Positions 1-10,642 of a stretch of DNA of 64,000 nt are shown piece after piece. Each line of letters begins with the position of its first letter. Within the stretch, counting starts at the first letter, position 1. Source of the DNA: Negativicutes bacterium (GTDB taxonomy: Bacteria; Bacillota; Negativicutes; UBA1444); the NCBI GenBank assembly GCA_963665275.2, contig CAXXIN010000007.1:512001-576000 (forward strand), given 5' to 3'. The position numbers and the translations under genes are program-made. Below the pieces are notes generated by a model, which made no database searches, was not told the origin of the DNA, and saw only the letters and a program-made list of their open reading frames with translations.

Positions 1-679
1 TAAGATAATCAGTATTAAGACCACGATTCTGGATATTAAAATATACGATTAAAAGAGACAGCATCAGCCCTGACCAGTTATAGGAAACTCCATAATGGGT
101 CATCTGTAGGGTTGTGCCGATGGACATCGGTACAAAAAACAAGAGTAATGAAAAAAAGTAGCGTTTTTCTAATAATTCTCGGTTACAGAGTACAAAAACA
201 AAAGCGTATATAACAAGCAAATAGCAAAAAGCCACATGAACAAGGAAATAAGGCCCACGGTGATAGATATTTAGACTATCGACTGAAAAAAACCAACCCG
301 TTTGCAGGCTGACAATCGAAAAAACCGCATTTATTAAACACAAAACAAGCAAACTGTATGCTAACGACTTCACCTTAGCCGGATCCTTATATACCTGATA
401 ATTGGTATATAGTATCCAAAACGCAGGAGCAAGTGGCTCAAAGATATACAGCGCCAAGTTGGAATATTGATTGAGTATAAGGTTGTGTTGCCCAGGCAGT
501 CCGTTGAATACCCACCCTAGGGTATCAATGCCAATCATCACCATGTTGGTCAATAACAGCGCCATAAACAATCGGTAGTGCAAAAACACCTTTTCCGAAC
601 GGTTGTAAGCATTGACACAGACAAAAAACAAAACCAGGAATGATAGTATGCTGGAATCAAGTGTTTCTAATCGCGGCAT
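1..679 (-). CDS. Membrane-bound diguanylate cyclase, N-terminal part (runs off window start)
   Basis: Not in the ORF track; translated by hand from ATG at 679 (GAGG RBS upstream): MPRLETLDSS..., several hydrophobic helices, YHRGPY motif, ending ...GLNTDYL, the D-x-L-T entry to a GGDEF domain. Confidence 0.7.
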   Translation of the reverse strand, partial: MPRLETLDSSILSFLVLFFVCVNAYNRSEKVFLHYRLFMALLLTNMVMIGIDTLGWVFNGLPGQHNLILNQYSNLALYIFEPLAPAFWILYTNYQVYKDPAKVKSLAYSLLVLCLINAVFSIVSLQTGWFFSVDSLNIYHRGPYFLVHVAFCYLLVIYAFVFVLCNRELLEKRYFFSLLLFFVPMSIGTTLQMTHYGVSYNWSGLMLSLLIVYFNIQNRGLNTDYL

Positions 680-796
680 AGACTACCTCAAAAATAAATA
701 GTTCACTAAACCCTATACCTTGTTATATTACATCATCAACTGCGATTTTCCTTCGAACCTTTATTGTAAATCTCAACCCCAACAGGTTCAGGGTCT

Positions 797-2026
797 TTAC
801 TTCAACCCGTCCGCAAGCCTGTCGACGAACTCCTGCCATGGGAATTGCGCGCCGGGGCAATCAGTGTCAACATTCACCGCCCGATGTGGCCGCACTCGTT
901 CCAGTGGAACCCGGTATTTTTTCATGAGCTCCAGAGTCAATCGCGCCGCAGCCTCCAGTTGGATCGGATCTGGCCGAACTTTGCCAAAATCCCCCACCAA
1001 TACGATGCCAAGGCTACGTTGGTTGGTCCCGAACGCGTGAGCGCCAACCATCTCTTCAGGCCGTCCATTCTCTATCAGGCCGTTGGCAAAGACCAATTTT
1101 TGATAGCCAACCCCTGCCCATCCGTTGTTTAAGTGCAATTCATGAATGTCAGCCAGCGAGGTATCGGTCGGCATGGCTGCATGGTGAATAACGATAAGAT
1201 CTGTTTTCTTCCGTGGAGTTAGTCGCTCGGAAAAATACAGTTGAGGCAAAAAATAATTGTCCACTCTTTGCCACGTTCCGTCTGCCGGATACTTCCCAAT
1301 TTCTCCGTTGAATTGGCACCCTATAGCCCTTCCACGCTTCATCAGTTCCTTGATTGCCCCCGGAGAAATCTCGGCAATTTCGAACCCTTTGATTTTCGAA
1401 TGCATGTTGACACAGGTCTTGTCATCATCTGCAAGAACGAAGCGGATCCATCGTTCAGACTGCGCATTTTTGCTGATCCTGACAGCTAGCTGGTCCCGCG
1501 GATAGCTCCTGATGATTGCTGTCGTACTGTCCTTTGCCGTAATTGCCGTATACACTTCAGGGAAATATTGTCCAAAATTCCTGATTTTCAAATTACCATC
1601 TACTAGAAGAGTCGCTCTCGTTACTCGGTCCTTTTTGTCGTATTCGATCCATATCGTAGCATTCATGCCTTGAATTGGAAACGGATACCCATAAGCTTTC
1701 GCCATCACCTGTGCCTTGTTTTGCTCTGTCCATTGCCTGTCCGTCCAGAAGCGAGCGTCATCTCCCTGCACTGCGTATGCTGGACCATATCGCAACTCAA
1801 CTTCGCCTTTGGCATCACCGATAGCAGGCAACGGTGATGCGGAAATCGTTTGAATTGATCCCACAGCAAACATACAGGCCACTCCCAGCAAAGCGATTAG
1901 TTTTCTGAAACACATTGATTTTCCACACAGCCTTTCCAAATAGTGCATACTTGATTTTCCCATGTTGTTTTGCATGTGCGAACGCCATATCGGCCTTATG
2001 TTCGCAAGCAGTTTCGATAGAATCAC
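797..2026 (-). CDS. Secreted N-acetylmuramoyl-L-alanine amidase (Amidase_2/PGRP-like C-terminal domain); true start probably downstream
   Basis: IVIHH, GWAGVGY, GAHAFGTN, SLGIVLVGDF, H...TDCPG motifs; signal-peptide-like segment LIALLGVACMFAVG. Confidence 0.85.
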   Translation of the reverse strand: MILSKLLANIRPIWRSHMQNNMGKSSMHYLERLCGKSMCFRKLIALLGVACMFAVGSIQTISASPLPAIGDAKGEVELRYGPAYAVQGDDARFWTDRQWTEQNKAQVMAKAYGYPFPIQGMNATIWIEYDKKDRVTRATLLVDGNLKIRNFGQYFPEVYTAITAKDSTTAIIRSYPRDQLAVRISKNAQSERWIRFVLADDDKTCVNMHSKIKGFEIAEISPGAIKELMKRGRAIGCQFNGEIGKYPADGTWQRVDNYFLPQLYFSERLTPRKKTDLIVIHHAAMPTDTSLADIHELHLNNGWAGVGYQKLVFANGLIENGRPEEMVGAHAFGTNQRSLGIVLVGDFGKVRPDPIQLEAAARLTLELMKKYRVPLERVRPHRAVNVDTDCPGAQFPWQEFVDRLADGLK

Positions 2027-2034
2027 GAAGAATC

Positions 2035-2065
2035 AAAAATCGCCCGAACCACAGTCCAGGCGAAC
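2035..2065 (-). terminator. Rho-independent terminator (recurring TTCGCCTGGAC-N4-GTTCRGGCGA-T-tract motif)
   Basis: Stem-loop with T-tract on minus strand downstream of the GH13 gene; near-identical copies at ~24094, ~46056 and ~48519. Confidence 0.7.
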
Positions 2066-2143
2066 TTGACTTACTAATTCGTGGTATAGCTAAGGTACTT
2101 GGCAACGCCCAGTCAACTTCCCTGAGGATCGACTTCAAGTTTT

Positions 2144-3955
2144 CTATTCGTCCTGTGAGAAAACCACTACCGTGTATGGGCCGATACCGATTGCGCCGGA
2201 GCAGGGCAGCCCATCGAATTCTTCCGGGTGAGCTTCCACGTCAGGAGTAGGATGATTGGCAAAAGCGGGGTCGTAGTTGTAGGAGTCGCTGTTAAACCGG
2301 GTTTTCCACCATCCGGATCGGGGAAAGCCTATGGTATAACCATCGCAGTAATGATTCGTCATATTCACTACCACAACGACACTGTCGGCAGGCCCGCCTT
2401 TGTCCCAGCGATGGAAAGCGAGGACCTTATCCTTTTCATCAAAATGAAAGATATGAATATTCTGGCCGCACAATCCCCGAGTCATACCCGGCAGATTTCG
2501 CCGCAAGGCGATCAGATCTCGATACATTCCAAGGATACCATGTTCGTCCTGGACCCGGGACCAGTCGATGGGTTCTTTATCCTGGAACCAGCGATCTTCC
2601 AACAGCTCCTGCCCTTCGAATATCATCGGGATGCCGGGCGAAGTAAGAACCAAGGCTCCCCCAAGAGTAGAACGTTTCTTGGAAAACCAGCTATCCACTT
2701 TGCCTGGCCAAATCTCTTCAGGCACGCGGGACCGTCCATTGGCGACTTCGTCGTGCGACTCGGTAAAGATGACGCGCCGAAACGCGTCCAAATCGTAGCG
2801 ATATTCGATCGCCCTGCTGACTGCCGTCAAGTCGCGGGCAGCATCCTTCGGGGTGATTATCGCCTTGCGAACGGGGTTAACAAATTCGCTGTCCCATTGC
2901 GCATTGAAACCTGCGCCGCCTGCCGCTACATCTTTAACAACCAGCGCGATATTGTGCATCCCTTCGGCGATGCTGATTTTACCGGGAAAACGTTTTTGGA
3001 TTTCAGAATTTATCCACTGCATCAGGTTCCAGCCTTCGGGAATATCCTCATTAGGATCTTCACTGCCCTCGATATTCCGGATAAAGGGGATGGCATCCCA
3101 GCGCAAGCCGTCGGCATGGTACTCCTCAAACCACATTATTGCATTATCGCATATGTACTGGCGCACTTCGTTCCGACCATAATCGGGCCGAGTGTCGCCC
3201 CAAGGCGTATGAGAGCGGCGATCATTATAAAAGTAAATCCCACCCTTCTCATTTTCGCTCCAACCGTCAAACTGCCACAAATCAAGATCAGAGGGACCAA
3301 AGTGATTATAAACCACATCCACGATGACCGCGATTCCATGCTCGTGGGCCTCTTTAACAAATTGCTTGAAGGCGTCCGGCCCTCCGTAAATGCTCTCAAC
3401 GGCAAAGGGATGGACCGGATTGTAGCCCCATGAAAAGTCGCCTGGAAACTCTGCAATTGGCAACACTTCTACAGCATTGATCCCCAGTTTTTGAAGATAG
3501 AGCAATTTTTCCCTGGCACTGTCGAACGTTCCCGGGCGGCCCTTTTCTTTGACGTTAAAGGTGCCGACATGCATCTCGTAAATGACAAGTTCATTTCCAG
3601 TGGCCATCTGAAAATTATTGTCCCCCCAGTCGAAGGCTTGGGAGTCATAGATCACTCCATTGCCGATTGAACTGGTGACTTTTCTGGCATAAGGGTCAAT
3701 GCGGGAAATGGGGCCTTGGAGGCCACTAATCATGTACCGATATTCGTCTCCGACTTTTGCCTCTGGTATATCAGATGACCAATACCCGTTCTCCTCTCGA
3801 TTCAAAACTGTTGATGTTTTGTTCCAGTCATTGAAGGTTCCTATCACATAAATTTCTTTTGCATGAGGCGCCCATACGCGAAACGTTATCCCTTTTGCAC
3901 CGGGGACGGCGCCCATACCCAGCTGTTTTATCTCGGCATTTGTTTTTTTCGGCAT
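2144..3955 (-). CDS. GH13 alpha-amylase family protein with CBM48 (1,4-alpha-glucan branching enzyme-like)
   Basis: FRVWAPHA, YEMHVGTF, WGYNP, DVVYNH, DGLRWDA, IAEG, ESHDE conserved regions. Confidence 0.9.
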   Translation of the reverse strand: MPKKTNAEIKQLGMGAVPGAKGITFRVWAPHAKEIYVIGTFNDWNKTSTVLNREENGYWSSDIPEAKVGDEYRYMISGLQGPISRIDPYARKVTSSIGNGVIYDSQAFDWGDNNFQMATGNELVIYEMHVGTFNVKEKGRPGTFDSAREKLLYLQKLGINAVEVLPIAEFPGDFSWGYNPVHPFAVESIYGGPDAFKQFVKEAHEHGIAVIVDVVYNHFGPSDLDLWQFDGWSENEKGGIYFYNDRRSHTPWGDTRPDYGRNEVRQYICDNAIMWFEEYHADGLRWDAIPFIRNIEGSEDPNEDIPEGWNLMQWINSEIQKRFPGKISIAEGMHNIALVVKDVAAGGAGFNAQWDSEFVNPVRKAIITPKDAARDLTAVSRAIEYRYDLDAFRRVIFTESHDEVANGRSRVPEEIWPGKVDSWFSKKRSTLGGALVLTSPGIPMIFEGQELLEDRWFQDKEPIDWSRVQDEHGILGMYRDLIALRRNLPGMTRGLCGQNIHIFHFDEKDKVLAFHRWDKGGPADSVVVVVNMTNHYCDGYTIGFPRSGWWKTRFNSDSYNYDPAFANHPTPDVEAHPEEFDGLPCSGAIGIGPYTVVVFSQDE

Positions 3956-4149
3956 TCATTTCTCCCCCTTTTTGTTTACGGAACTCCGGATTATTTGGGG
4001 GCTAGTGAGCTATTACAGATACTTAATATTTCCTTACCGTTTTGTAAACTCCTTCATATTTTCGCGTATTCACATATTTTCGAGCCGCCGCATGCCCCTG
4101 TCAACGGCAATGATAAAATGCAAAATTAGACTGGCGTTGACACAAAATT

Positions 4150-6606
4150 TCAGTTGTCCCCAAATGCCTGTTTTAATTTAAGGGCCATTCCCAATGAAAG
4201 TTTTGTTTCAAAATCTTCTAGTGATACGTTCAATACTTCTTCAATTCGCCTTTTCCGATATAGAACAGTTTGTCTATGAACGTACAATTGCTTCGCAACT
4301 TCTGATAGGTTATCAGTTTGCAATATTTTTATTAACGTGTCCATCAGTACTGTTCCAAAGGTTTGATCATATTTTTCTAGTTTACCTAGCGTCCGTTTCA
4401 TAAAATCGTTTACATATTCATCATCATTCATGTCAGGGAAAAACTGGAACACCCCAATATCCAAATAGTGATGAACTATTCGGCCTGGATTGATTTTTCC
4501 TCCCAAGGCAACTGCAGTGCAAGCTTGTTTATATAGCTTAGCTAAGAACCAAAAAGTATTGGCATGATATTCAGCGATCCCCATTCTATATTTAAGTAAT
4601 GGAGCATATTTGCGCATAATTTTTTGCCATTGTTCTGCCTGTTGCAACTCTTCCGCCTGATTCTGATGTGTAGAAGGGTCAATTGGAGATAGCAGAGCAA
4701 TGCCTTCCGCACATTCCCAGGCAATGACCCCCTTGTAGTCAGTAAATGCGCATAGAACGCCATCAACTATTTTCTGGAGATTTCTTTGTATCTTCTTGTC
4801 TAAGGCAGTTTCATCCTTTTTAGGTGCTATCAATCCAATTAAATAGAAAGAAAAATCCGGTGATAAATCTATGTTAACGTGCCTAGCTTGGTCTAAAACT
4901 TCTTGCGAAGGCGTAAGTTTTTCAAGCAATAAGTCATTTAACAAATCGCGCTGACATCGCTTTTCATAGATCAATTCCAACATCTTTTTCGTGCGGCTTT
5001 GATCTGTTACATCGGTCCAAAAACATGCTACGGTTGTTCGGTTTTCCCTGTAATAACTTAACGGTGCAATGCGAACTTCAAACTGTCTCATGCTTTCCGT
5101 TAAATTGAGTATACATTCATGAAATTGCAGCATTTTTTTATTCAGTGCCTGATTAATATTTTCGATAAGCCGCTGCGACTCAACTGCCGGTAATACGCAA
5201 GAAAGGCTTTGACCGGGCCAAGTGGTTTCGGATGTCTCCCCCAACAATTGATTATCGTCAAATACGTCGATAATAATTCCGGTTTCATCGACTATCATCC
5301 CGGCGCCTGGGATTGTGCGTGAAAATTCCCGCAATCGGAGAATAGCATCCCTATCTGCTTTCTCCAAGACCCTTTGTTGTGTAATATCATCCACTCTACC
5401 TACAATTTCACGAAGGTCCCCATCGGCATTTTTAAGTAAAGAGGCGGTTATCCGCATTAATCGTTTGGGTTTATTTGGAATATTTACCACTATTTCTTCG
5501 CTAACACACTGGTCACTAATTTGATCAATAAGCAAAAACGCATAGAATTTTTTCTTAATTCTTTTAACCTCTTCTGGATCGGAATGTGAAAACAACGCAT
5601 TATAAGAGTGTTCTTCTATGTTTTGGGGACTAAGATTGAATAACGTTAGAACCCCTTCTGAACAAGTAAACTTTTTTGTTAACAAGTTCATTTTCCAACT
5701 TCCTGTTTGGCCGAGTTTTTCTGCTTCCATGAGTTGACGCTTTACTTCATGCTGCTCGGAAATATCCATAATGACTACGATGATTTTTTCGATTTGTCCA
5801 TTGTCAAAAAATATTGGCTTATATATGCCGTAAGCCCAATAATCTTTTCCTGAACCTCCCACTTTGCAATAGTCCAAAAAATCTACATTCTCACCCTGAA
5901 GGCATTCGGCAAAGATCTGTTCGTGCTTGGCATAGATTTCGAGTGGCAGAGCTTCGCTGAAATGGTGTCCACGGATTTTTTTTTGATCAAGGTTTAGCTC
6001 ATTTGCATAGCGTTGATTGACGTAGAGAAAGTTTCCATATGTATCCAAACAACTTAGACAACAGGGCGCTGAATCCAAAACAGATTGTAAGAATCGTTCC
6101 CTTTCGTCAATTTGATTGTACATGCTCAGTAATTCTTTTTCGTGTTTTAGCGCTTGACTGATGCCAATTGCCTCGACTTTGCCATCAGCCCGGTAAAAAA
6201 GGCAACCGGCTATTTTTGTCCTTATAGGTATTCCTTTGCGTTGCAGTTGTTCAACGATTTTGACAAAGCGAAGTTCTTTATTGGGAGAACTGGCTAGGGT
6301 TTTTAGCCATGTTGGGATACTATCCCTGAGTTTGTCATAAGATGACGGGGTTAGGACATCGCATATAGGCCGACCTATAATGTCATTTGTCATATAGCCG
6401 CTTACGGATTCAATTGATGAACTAACTTCGAGCACTGTCATTGTTTCTATATCACAGCGCCAAGTTACATGGTGAAGCAAGTCGGTCATCATGATGTTGT
6501 AGATTTGCTGATGCTTCCTTTCATCTGATAGAATAGCGCTATTTAAAGCACCTGGATTATGCGATCTAGCAGCCATTACACAAATCACCATACTCTCCCA
6601 TATCAA
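4150..6606 (-). CDS. Multi-PAS sensor fused to PucR/CdaR-family regulator
   Basis: Several PAS/PAC segments (MDISEQ, DDITQQ, TDVTDQ) and C-terminal HTH AKQLYVHRQTVLYRKRRIE. Confidence 0.85.
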   Translation of the reverse strand: MIWESMVICVMAARSHNPGALNSAILSDERKHQQIYNIMMTDLLHHVTWRCDIETMTVLEVSSSIESVSGYMTNDIIGRPICDVLTPSSYDKLRDSIPTWLKTLASSPNKELRFVKIVEQLQRKGIPIRTKIAGCLFYRADGKVEAIGISQALKHEKELLSMYNQIDERERFLQSVLDSAPCCLSCLDTYGNFLYVNQRYANELNLDQKKIRGHHFSEALPLEIYAKHEQIFAECLQGENVDFLDYCKVGGSGKDYWAYGIYKPIFFDNGQIEKIIVVIMDISEQHEVKRQLMEAEKLGQTGSWKMNLLTKKFTCSEGVLTLFNLSPQNIEEHSYNALFSHSDPEEVKRIKKKFYAFLLIDQISDQCVSEEIVVNIPNKPKRLMRITASLLKNADGDLREIVGRVDDITQQRVLEKADRDAILRLREFSRTIPGAGMIVDETGIIIDVFDDNQLLGETSETTWPGQSLSCVLPAVESQRLIENINQALNKKMLQFHECILNLTESMRQFEVRIAPLSYYRENRTTVACFWTDVTDQSRTKKMLELIYEKRCQRDLLNDLLLEKLTPSQEVLDQARHVNIDLSPDFSFYLIGLIAPKKDETALDKKIQRNLQKIVDGVLCAFTDYKGVIAWECAEGIALLSPIDPSTHQNQAEELQQAEQWQKIMRKYAPLLKYRMGIAEYHANTFWFLAKLYKQACTAVALGGKINPGRIVHHYLDIGVFQFFPDMNDDEYVNDFMKRTLGKLEKYDQTFGTVLMDTLIKILQTDNLSEVAKQLYVHRQTVLYRKRRIEEVLNVSLEDFETKLSLGMALKLKQAFGDN

Positions 6607-6706
6607 CGAACCAACATTACGGTTTCTTCTTTATACAATTCGCGCTTCAGAGGCATTTGTCCTTTTCTGCCTGCTTGACTTTTCACAGCAGGTCTATTTT
6701 ACACAA

Positions 6707-9184
6707 TTATACGAACTTAACAGCCACTACCCCAGCTAATATTTTATCTAACAATACCAGCGCATCTTCAAAATTGTAATGATCGATATGTTTTGTCAGC
6801 AGCTCCAATTCCGTGGTCGTAGCGTTCAATAAATTGTGTAGGCGAATCTCTTCGAACACAGAGACTGCTTCCGTTTCATAATGAAGCAGATGTTCCCGCA
6901 AGCGCAGAATGATCCCTTCCATCGCCACGTGCTCCGGGGAAAGATGCGTCGCACCCGTGATAACATCGGATGAGCCTTGTATATAGGCGTCAATTGCCGC
7001 GACAGCAGCATAAAGATTGTTGGAAACATCTTCGTATCCAGTGGCTATATCTTCGGGAATACCGGCGTGCAAGCTCATTTCCATAGCCGCCGCCGCTGCT
7101 TGCAAACGGACGGCGCCCACGGTGCCGGCAACCCCTTTTATATCATGAACGATTAGTTTGACCTGTTCGATATTATTATCCTTGAGCGCTTGACTCAGAT
7201 TTTCTAGAACTGCCCCGCTATTATGAAAAAATTTCTTCAATAATCGAATATGGAATCGATGGTTTCCTTCCAGTCGATTCAATGTTTGTGCAATATCTAT
7301 GATGGGAAGCTCCGTAGCCTCACTACTTTCTTCCACTTCTCGTTCTCCTGAAGATTCCAAAGGAACGCTTTCCGGGCAAAGCCATTTCGACAATGTGGTC
7401 GCCAAATTCTCCGGACTAATCGGCTTCTTGATAAAATCATTCATTCCGGCAGCAATTACTTGTTCCCGGTCGCTGAAGCTGACACTGGCAGTCAGTGCGA
7501 TCACCGGTAAATTTTGCCAGCAAGGCTTTTTCCGCAAAGCTTTCGTCGCTTGGTAACCATCCATTACCGGCATGTGAACGTCCATCAGCACGGCATCAAA
7601 ATCACCGCGCTCCAATTCCTTCAAAGCAACCTTTCCGTTCACTGCTTTCGTCACGGTAACGCCCAACCCGGTAAGCAATTCTCCCGCCACATCCAAATTA
7701 ATTTCATTATCGTCCACCACTAGGATGTTGCACCCCTGCAAATTGCTCTTTTGGCGCAGGACAGATAGTTCAGGCAATGCTTCACTGCCTAACGAGACAG
7801 GATCACCGCCGACACCAAACTGTGCTGTAAAGGAAAATATGCTGCCCTTCCCGGGAAAGCTCTTGACACCAATATCTCCGCCCATGAGGTCAACCAGTCG
7901 CTTGGAAATGGCCAGACCAAGACCGGTGCCGCCGAATCGGCGGCTAATGGATGAGTCTATCTGTGAAAAAGCTTGAAACAATTTTGCCTGCTCCTGCTCG
8001 CTTAAACCAATTCCGGAGTCCTGAACGGAAAAACGCAGGGTGATTTGCTCCTGCCTATCAGTTATCTTGACCACCCGTATGGAAATCCGTCCTGATTCTG
8101 TAAATTTCACGGCGTTACTTAAGAGATTGGTTAGAACCTGATTAAGCCGCAAAGGGTCACCGATGACCACTTCAGGGATGTCCTCCTCTTTTTCCAGTAA
8201 TAAATCCAACCCTTTTTCCGCAGCTTTTTCTCCCACCATCGCCGTGGCCCGATCGAGTACTTCTGCCAAGCGGAATGAGACTTGTTCCAATTCGATTTTC
8301 CCCGCTTCAATTTTAGAAATATCAAGAAGATCATTAATAATACTCAATAGTATTTGACCGGACATTTGTACCTTGTGCAGATAGTTCCGCTGCTTGGTCG
8401 AAAGTGGCGTCTGTTGAATCAGATAAGTCATCCCCAATATCGCGTTCATCGGCGTTCGTATCTCATGACTGATATTCGCCAAAAAGCTACTTTTGACTTG
8501 ATTGGCTTCCTCTGCCTCCACCTTGAGGCGGCCCAAATTTTCATTGAGCTTGAGGACATCTTCGTTGGTCGCGGCCAGTTCCTCGTTCATTGCGGTCAGA
8601 TGATGATTGGCGGCAGACAGTTCCCTAGTCCGGCTTGCGACTTTACCTTCCAGTTCATCATTTTTTTCTTCCAACTTTTTCTTCGCCAGCCCAATCTCAC
8701 CAAAAAGCCGGGACAAGCGCGAAAAAAAGTTCATGGTCATCCGCACCTGCTCCTCAGTAAAGATAGGCACTCTTGCCAAGGCATCCAAATATGCGGTTTT
8801 ATCAAAGCCAAATTCTTCGGCTTGTCGGATGAAATACTCCCGATCCGGTTGCGCAAAGAAAAACTGGCCGGTAAAAAAATTGGCGACGTGTTTCCCGCCG
8901 ATCAATATCGGCACGGCAGCGTCAGTTAGACCGTTTTTACAAACATAAACATTGACTTTTTCGCCTTCTCGCAACTGATTCGAGAGTATCGTGTCGCTTT
9001 CCTTGCAACGAAGAGCTGTTACGGAATGCACTCGGTGAAATTGGGTGCAGATGTCCTGCCAACCGGTAGCGATCAGAATATTTCCCGATAAATCAAGTAT
9101 GGCCATTACCGCTCCCGTGTTTGCATGGTAACTATCGCACAGTTTTTGCAGTTCAGCAATATCCACCAATTCGGCAAAAGCCAC
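6707..9184 (-). CDS. Hybrid histidine kinase: PocR sensor-HisKA-HATPase-REC-Hpt
   Basis: PocR WQDICTQFHR..C..SD..CKNGL; FLANISHEIRTPMN; NLLSNAVKFT; GGTGLGL; LMDVHMP; Hpt HDIKGVAG. Confidence 0.92.
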   Translation of the reverse strand: MAFAELVDIAELQKLCDSYHANTGAVMAILDLSGNILIATGWQDICTQFHRVHSVTALRCKESDTILSNQLREGEKVNVYVCKNGLTDAAVPILIGGKHVANFFTGQFFFAQPDREYFIRQAEEFGFDKTAYLDALARVPIFTEEQVRMTMNFFSRLSRLFGEIGLAKKKLEEKNDELEGKVASRTRELSAANHHLTAMNEELAATNEDVLKLNENLGRLKVEAEEANQVKSSFLANISHEIRTPMNAILGMTYLIQQTPLSTKQRNYLHKVQMSGQILLSIINDLLDISKIEAGKIELEQVSFRLAEVLDRATAMVGEKAAEKGLDLLLEKEEDIPEVVIGDPLRLNQVLTNLLSNAVKFTESGRISIRVVKITDRQEQITLRFSVQDSGIGLSEQEQAKLFQAFSQIDSSISRRFGGTGLGLAISKRLVDLMGGDIGVKSFPGKGSIFSFTAQFGVGGDPVSLGSEALPELSVLRQKSNLQGCNILVVDDNEINLDVAGELLTGLGVTVTKAVNGKVALKELERGDFDAVLMDVHMPVMDGYQATKALRKKPCWQNLPVIALTASVSFSDREQVIAAGMNDFIKKPISPENLATTLSKWLCPESVPLESSGEREVEESSEATELPIIDIAQTLNRLEGNHRFHIRLLKKFFHNSGAVLENLSQALKDNNIEQVKLIVHDIKGVAGTVGAVRLQAAAAAMEMSLHAGIPEDIATGYEDVSNNLYAAVAAIDAYIQGSSDVITGATHLSPEHVAMEGIILRLREHLLHYETEAVSVFEEIRLHNLLNATTTELELLTKHIDHYNFEDALVLLDKILAGVVAVKFV

Positions 9185-9290
9185 CCATCACGCCCCCCTT
9201 ATCCTTTATTGCCCGACTGGGAGTTGTACTCGCTGATTCACCGTTAACCCACAGTCTCTAATGCATATCGCACATGGTTAATTTGGTTGA

Positions 9291-10331
9291 TTAATCCGAA
9301 TAAGCCCGATTGATTTGCAGGAGCTCCGGCAGACAGGTTAGGAATGCATCGACCAAAACCGGATCAAAATGTCTCCCGCCCATTGTTTTGATTTCAGCAA
9401 CTGCATCATCCACAGTCCAAGCCTGTTTGTAAGGACGTTCATGAATCAGCGCGTCAAACACATCGGCGATGGCGACGATACGTCCAACGACAGGAATATT
9501 CGCACTGTTCAGACCATCTGGGTATCCGGTTCCATCCCAACGTTCGTGATGGGTGAGAGCTACCTGGCGGGCCATCTTTAATAACGCCGCAGGATGCTCA
9601 CCGATGATCTTCGCGCCAATCGTCGGGTGTTGCTTCATCATTGCCCATTCATCGACATCAAGCTTACCGGGTTTTAGCAAGACGCAGTCAGGAATGCCAA
9701 TCTTGCCAACATCATGCATTGGCGCCGCCAGCAGTAACAGGTCCGCTTGTTCATCTCCCAAGCCAGCAGTAACGGCCAGCAGTTGCGAATACTGACCTAT
9801 CCGGTGAATGTGGTTGCCAGTATCTTCATCGCGGTATTCCGCCGCCACTCCCAGTCGGTGAATGATCTGGGTGCGGTTCTCCTCAATTTCCGCCGTACGC
9901 TGCTTAACTAATTTTTCCAGTTCCCGGTTTTGATCATAGAGACTAAGATGGTTCTTGATCCGCGCTTTAACGATGGAAGAACGAATCGGCTTGCTGATAA
10001 AATCCACCGCTCCCAAGTCAAGCCCATGAGTTTCGTCTTCCATCTCACCCATGGCCGTTACAAAAATCACGGGGATTTTTTGTGTGAGAGCGTTATTTTT
10101 CAGTTGTGCACAAACCTGGTATCCATCCATTTCCGGCATCATAATATCAAGCAGGATCATGTCCGGAGGTTCCGTCGACGAAGCAATCTTCAGCGCCAGT
10201 CTCCCATTCGTCGCCGCTTTCACCAGGTAAAACGGCCGTAGGATTTCCGCCAGCACACTGATATTGCTTGGGTTATCGTCCACAATCAGAATCGTCGCCT
10301 TGTCGCGGTTAAACTCATTTCGGTTTTCCAT
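9291..10331 (-). CDS. Response regulator with HD-GYP phosphodiesterase domain (RpfG-like)
   Basis: REC (VDD, LLDIMMP, KP) plus HDVGKIG, HHERWDGTGYP, ADVFDAL. Confidence 0.93.
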   Translation of the reverse strand: MENRNEFNRDKATILIVDDNPSNISVLAEILRPFYLVKAATNGRLALKIASSTEPPDMILLDIMMPEMDGYQVCAQLKNNALTQKIPVIFVTAMGEMEDETHGLDLGAVDFISKPIRSSIVKARIKNHLSLYDQNRELEKLVKQRTAEIEENRTQIIHRLGVAAEYRDEDTGNHIHRIGQYSQLLAVTAGLGDEQADLLLLAAPMHDVGKIGIPDCVLLKPGKLDVDEWAMMKQHPTIGAKIIGEHPAALLKMARQVALTHHERWDGTGYPDGLNSANIPVVGRIVAIADVFDALIHERPYKQAWTVDDAVAEIKTMGGRHFDPVLVDAFLTCLPELLQINRAYSD

Positions 10332-10642
10332 TCTCTTGACCTCCCGCTAATATTTCTCCCACTGGCAGCGAGATTCTTCACCAGAATAGCTCGATCAGAA
10401 ATTATCAGAAAAGCGAGATTCTTATTTGTATATTATTCCATCAGATAGAACACTATTTTCTCCATTCTCCTCATAATTATTATTTTCCGGATTGAGCCAT
10501 ACTTCGCCTAGCAACGTCCAGTTCCGAATGTCCCTTGACCACCTTGAAGGATTCCTGAGCTTAGTTCTTCGTATACTCAAACTCTTTGGAAAAATACCTG
10601 ATCCTGATGTCGAAACGTTTGTTTAATATGGGAGAAAAAATG

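Noticed and set aside
2228-3433. 401-aa plus-strand ORF (likewise 15774-16601, 43211-43954, 57853-58485, 14182-14778)
   Set aside because: Antisense shadows of well-supported minus-strand genes; no recognisable motifs.
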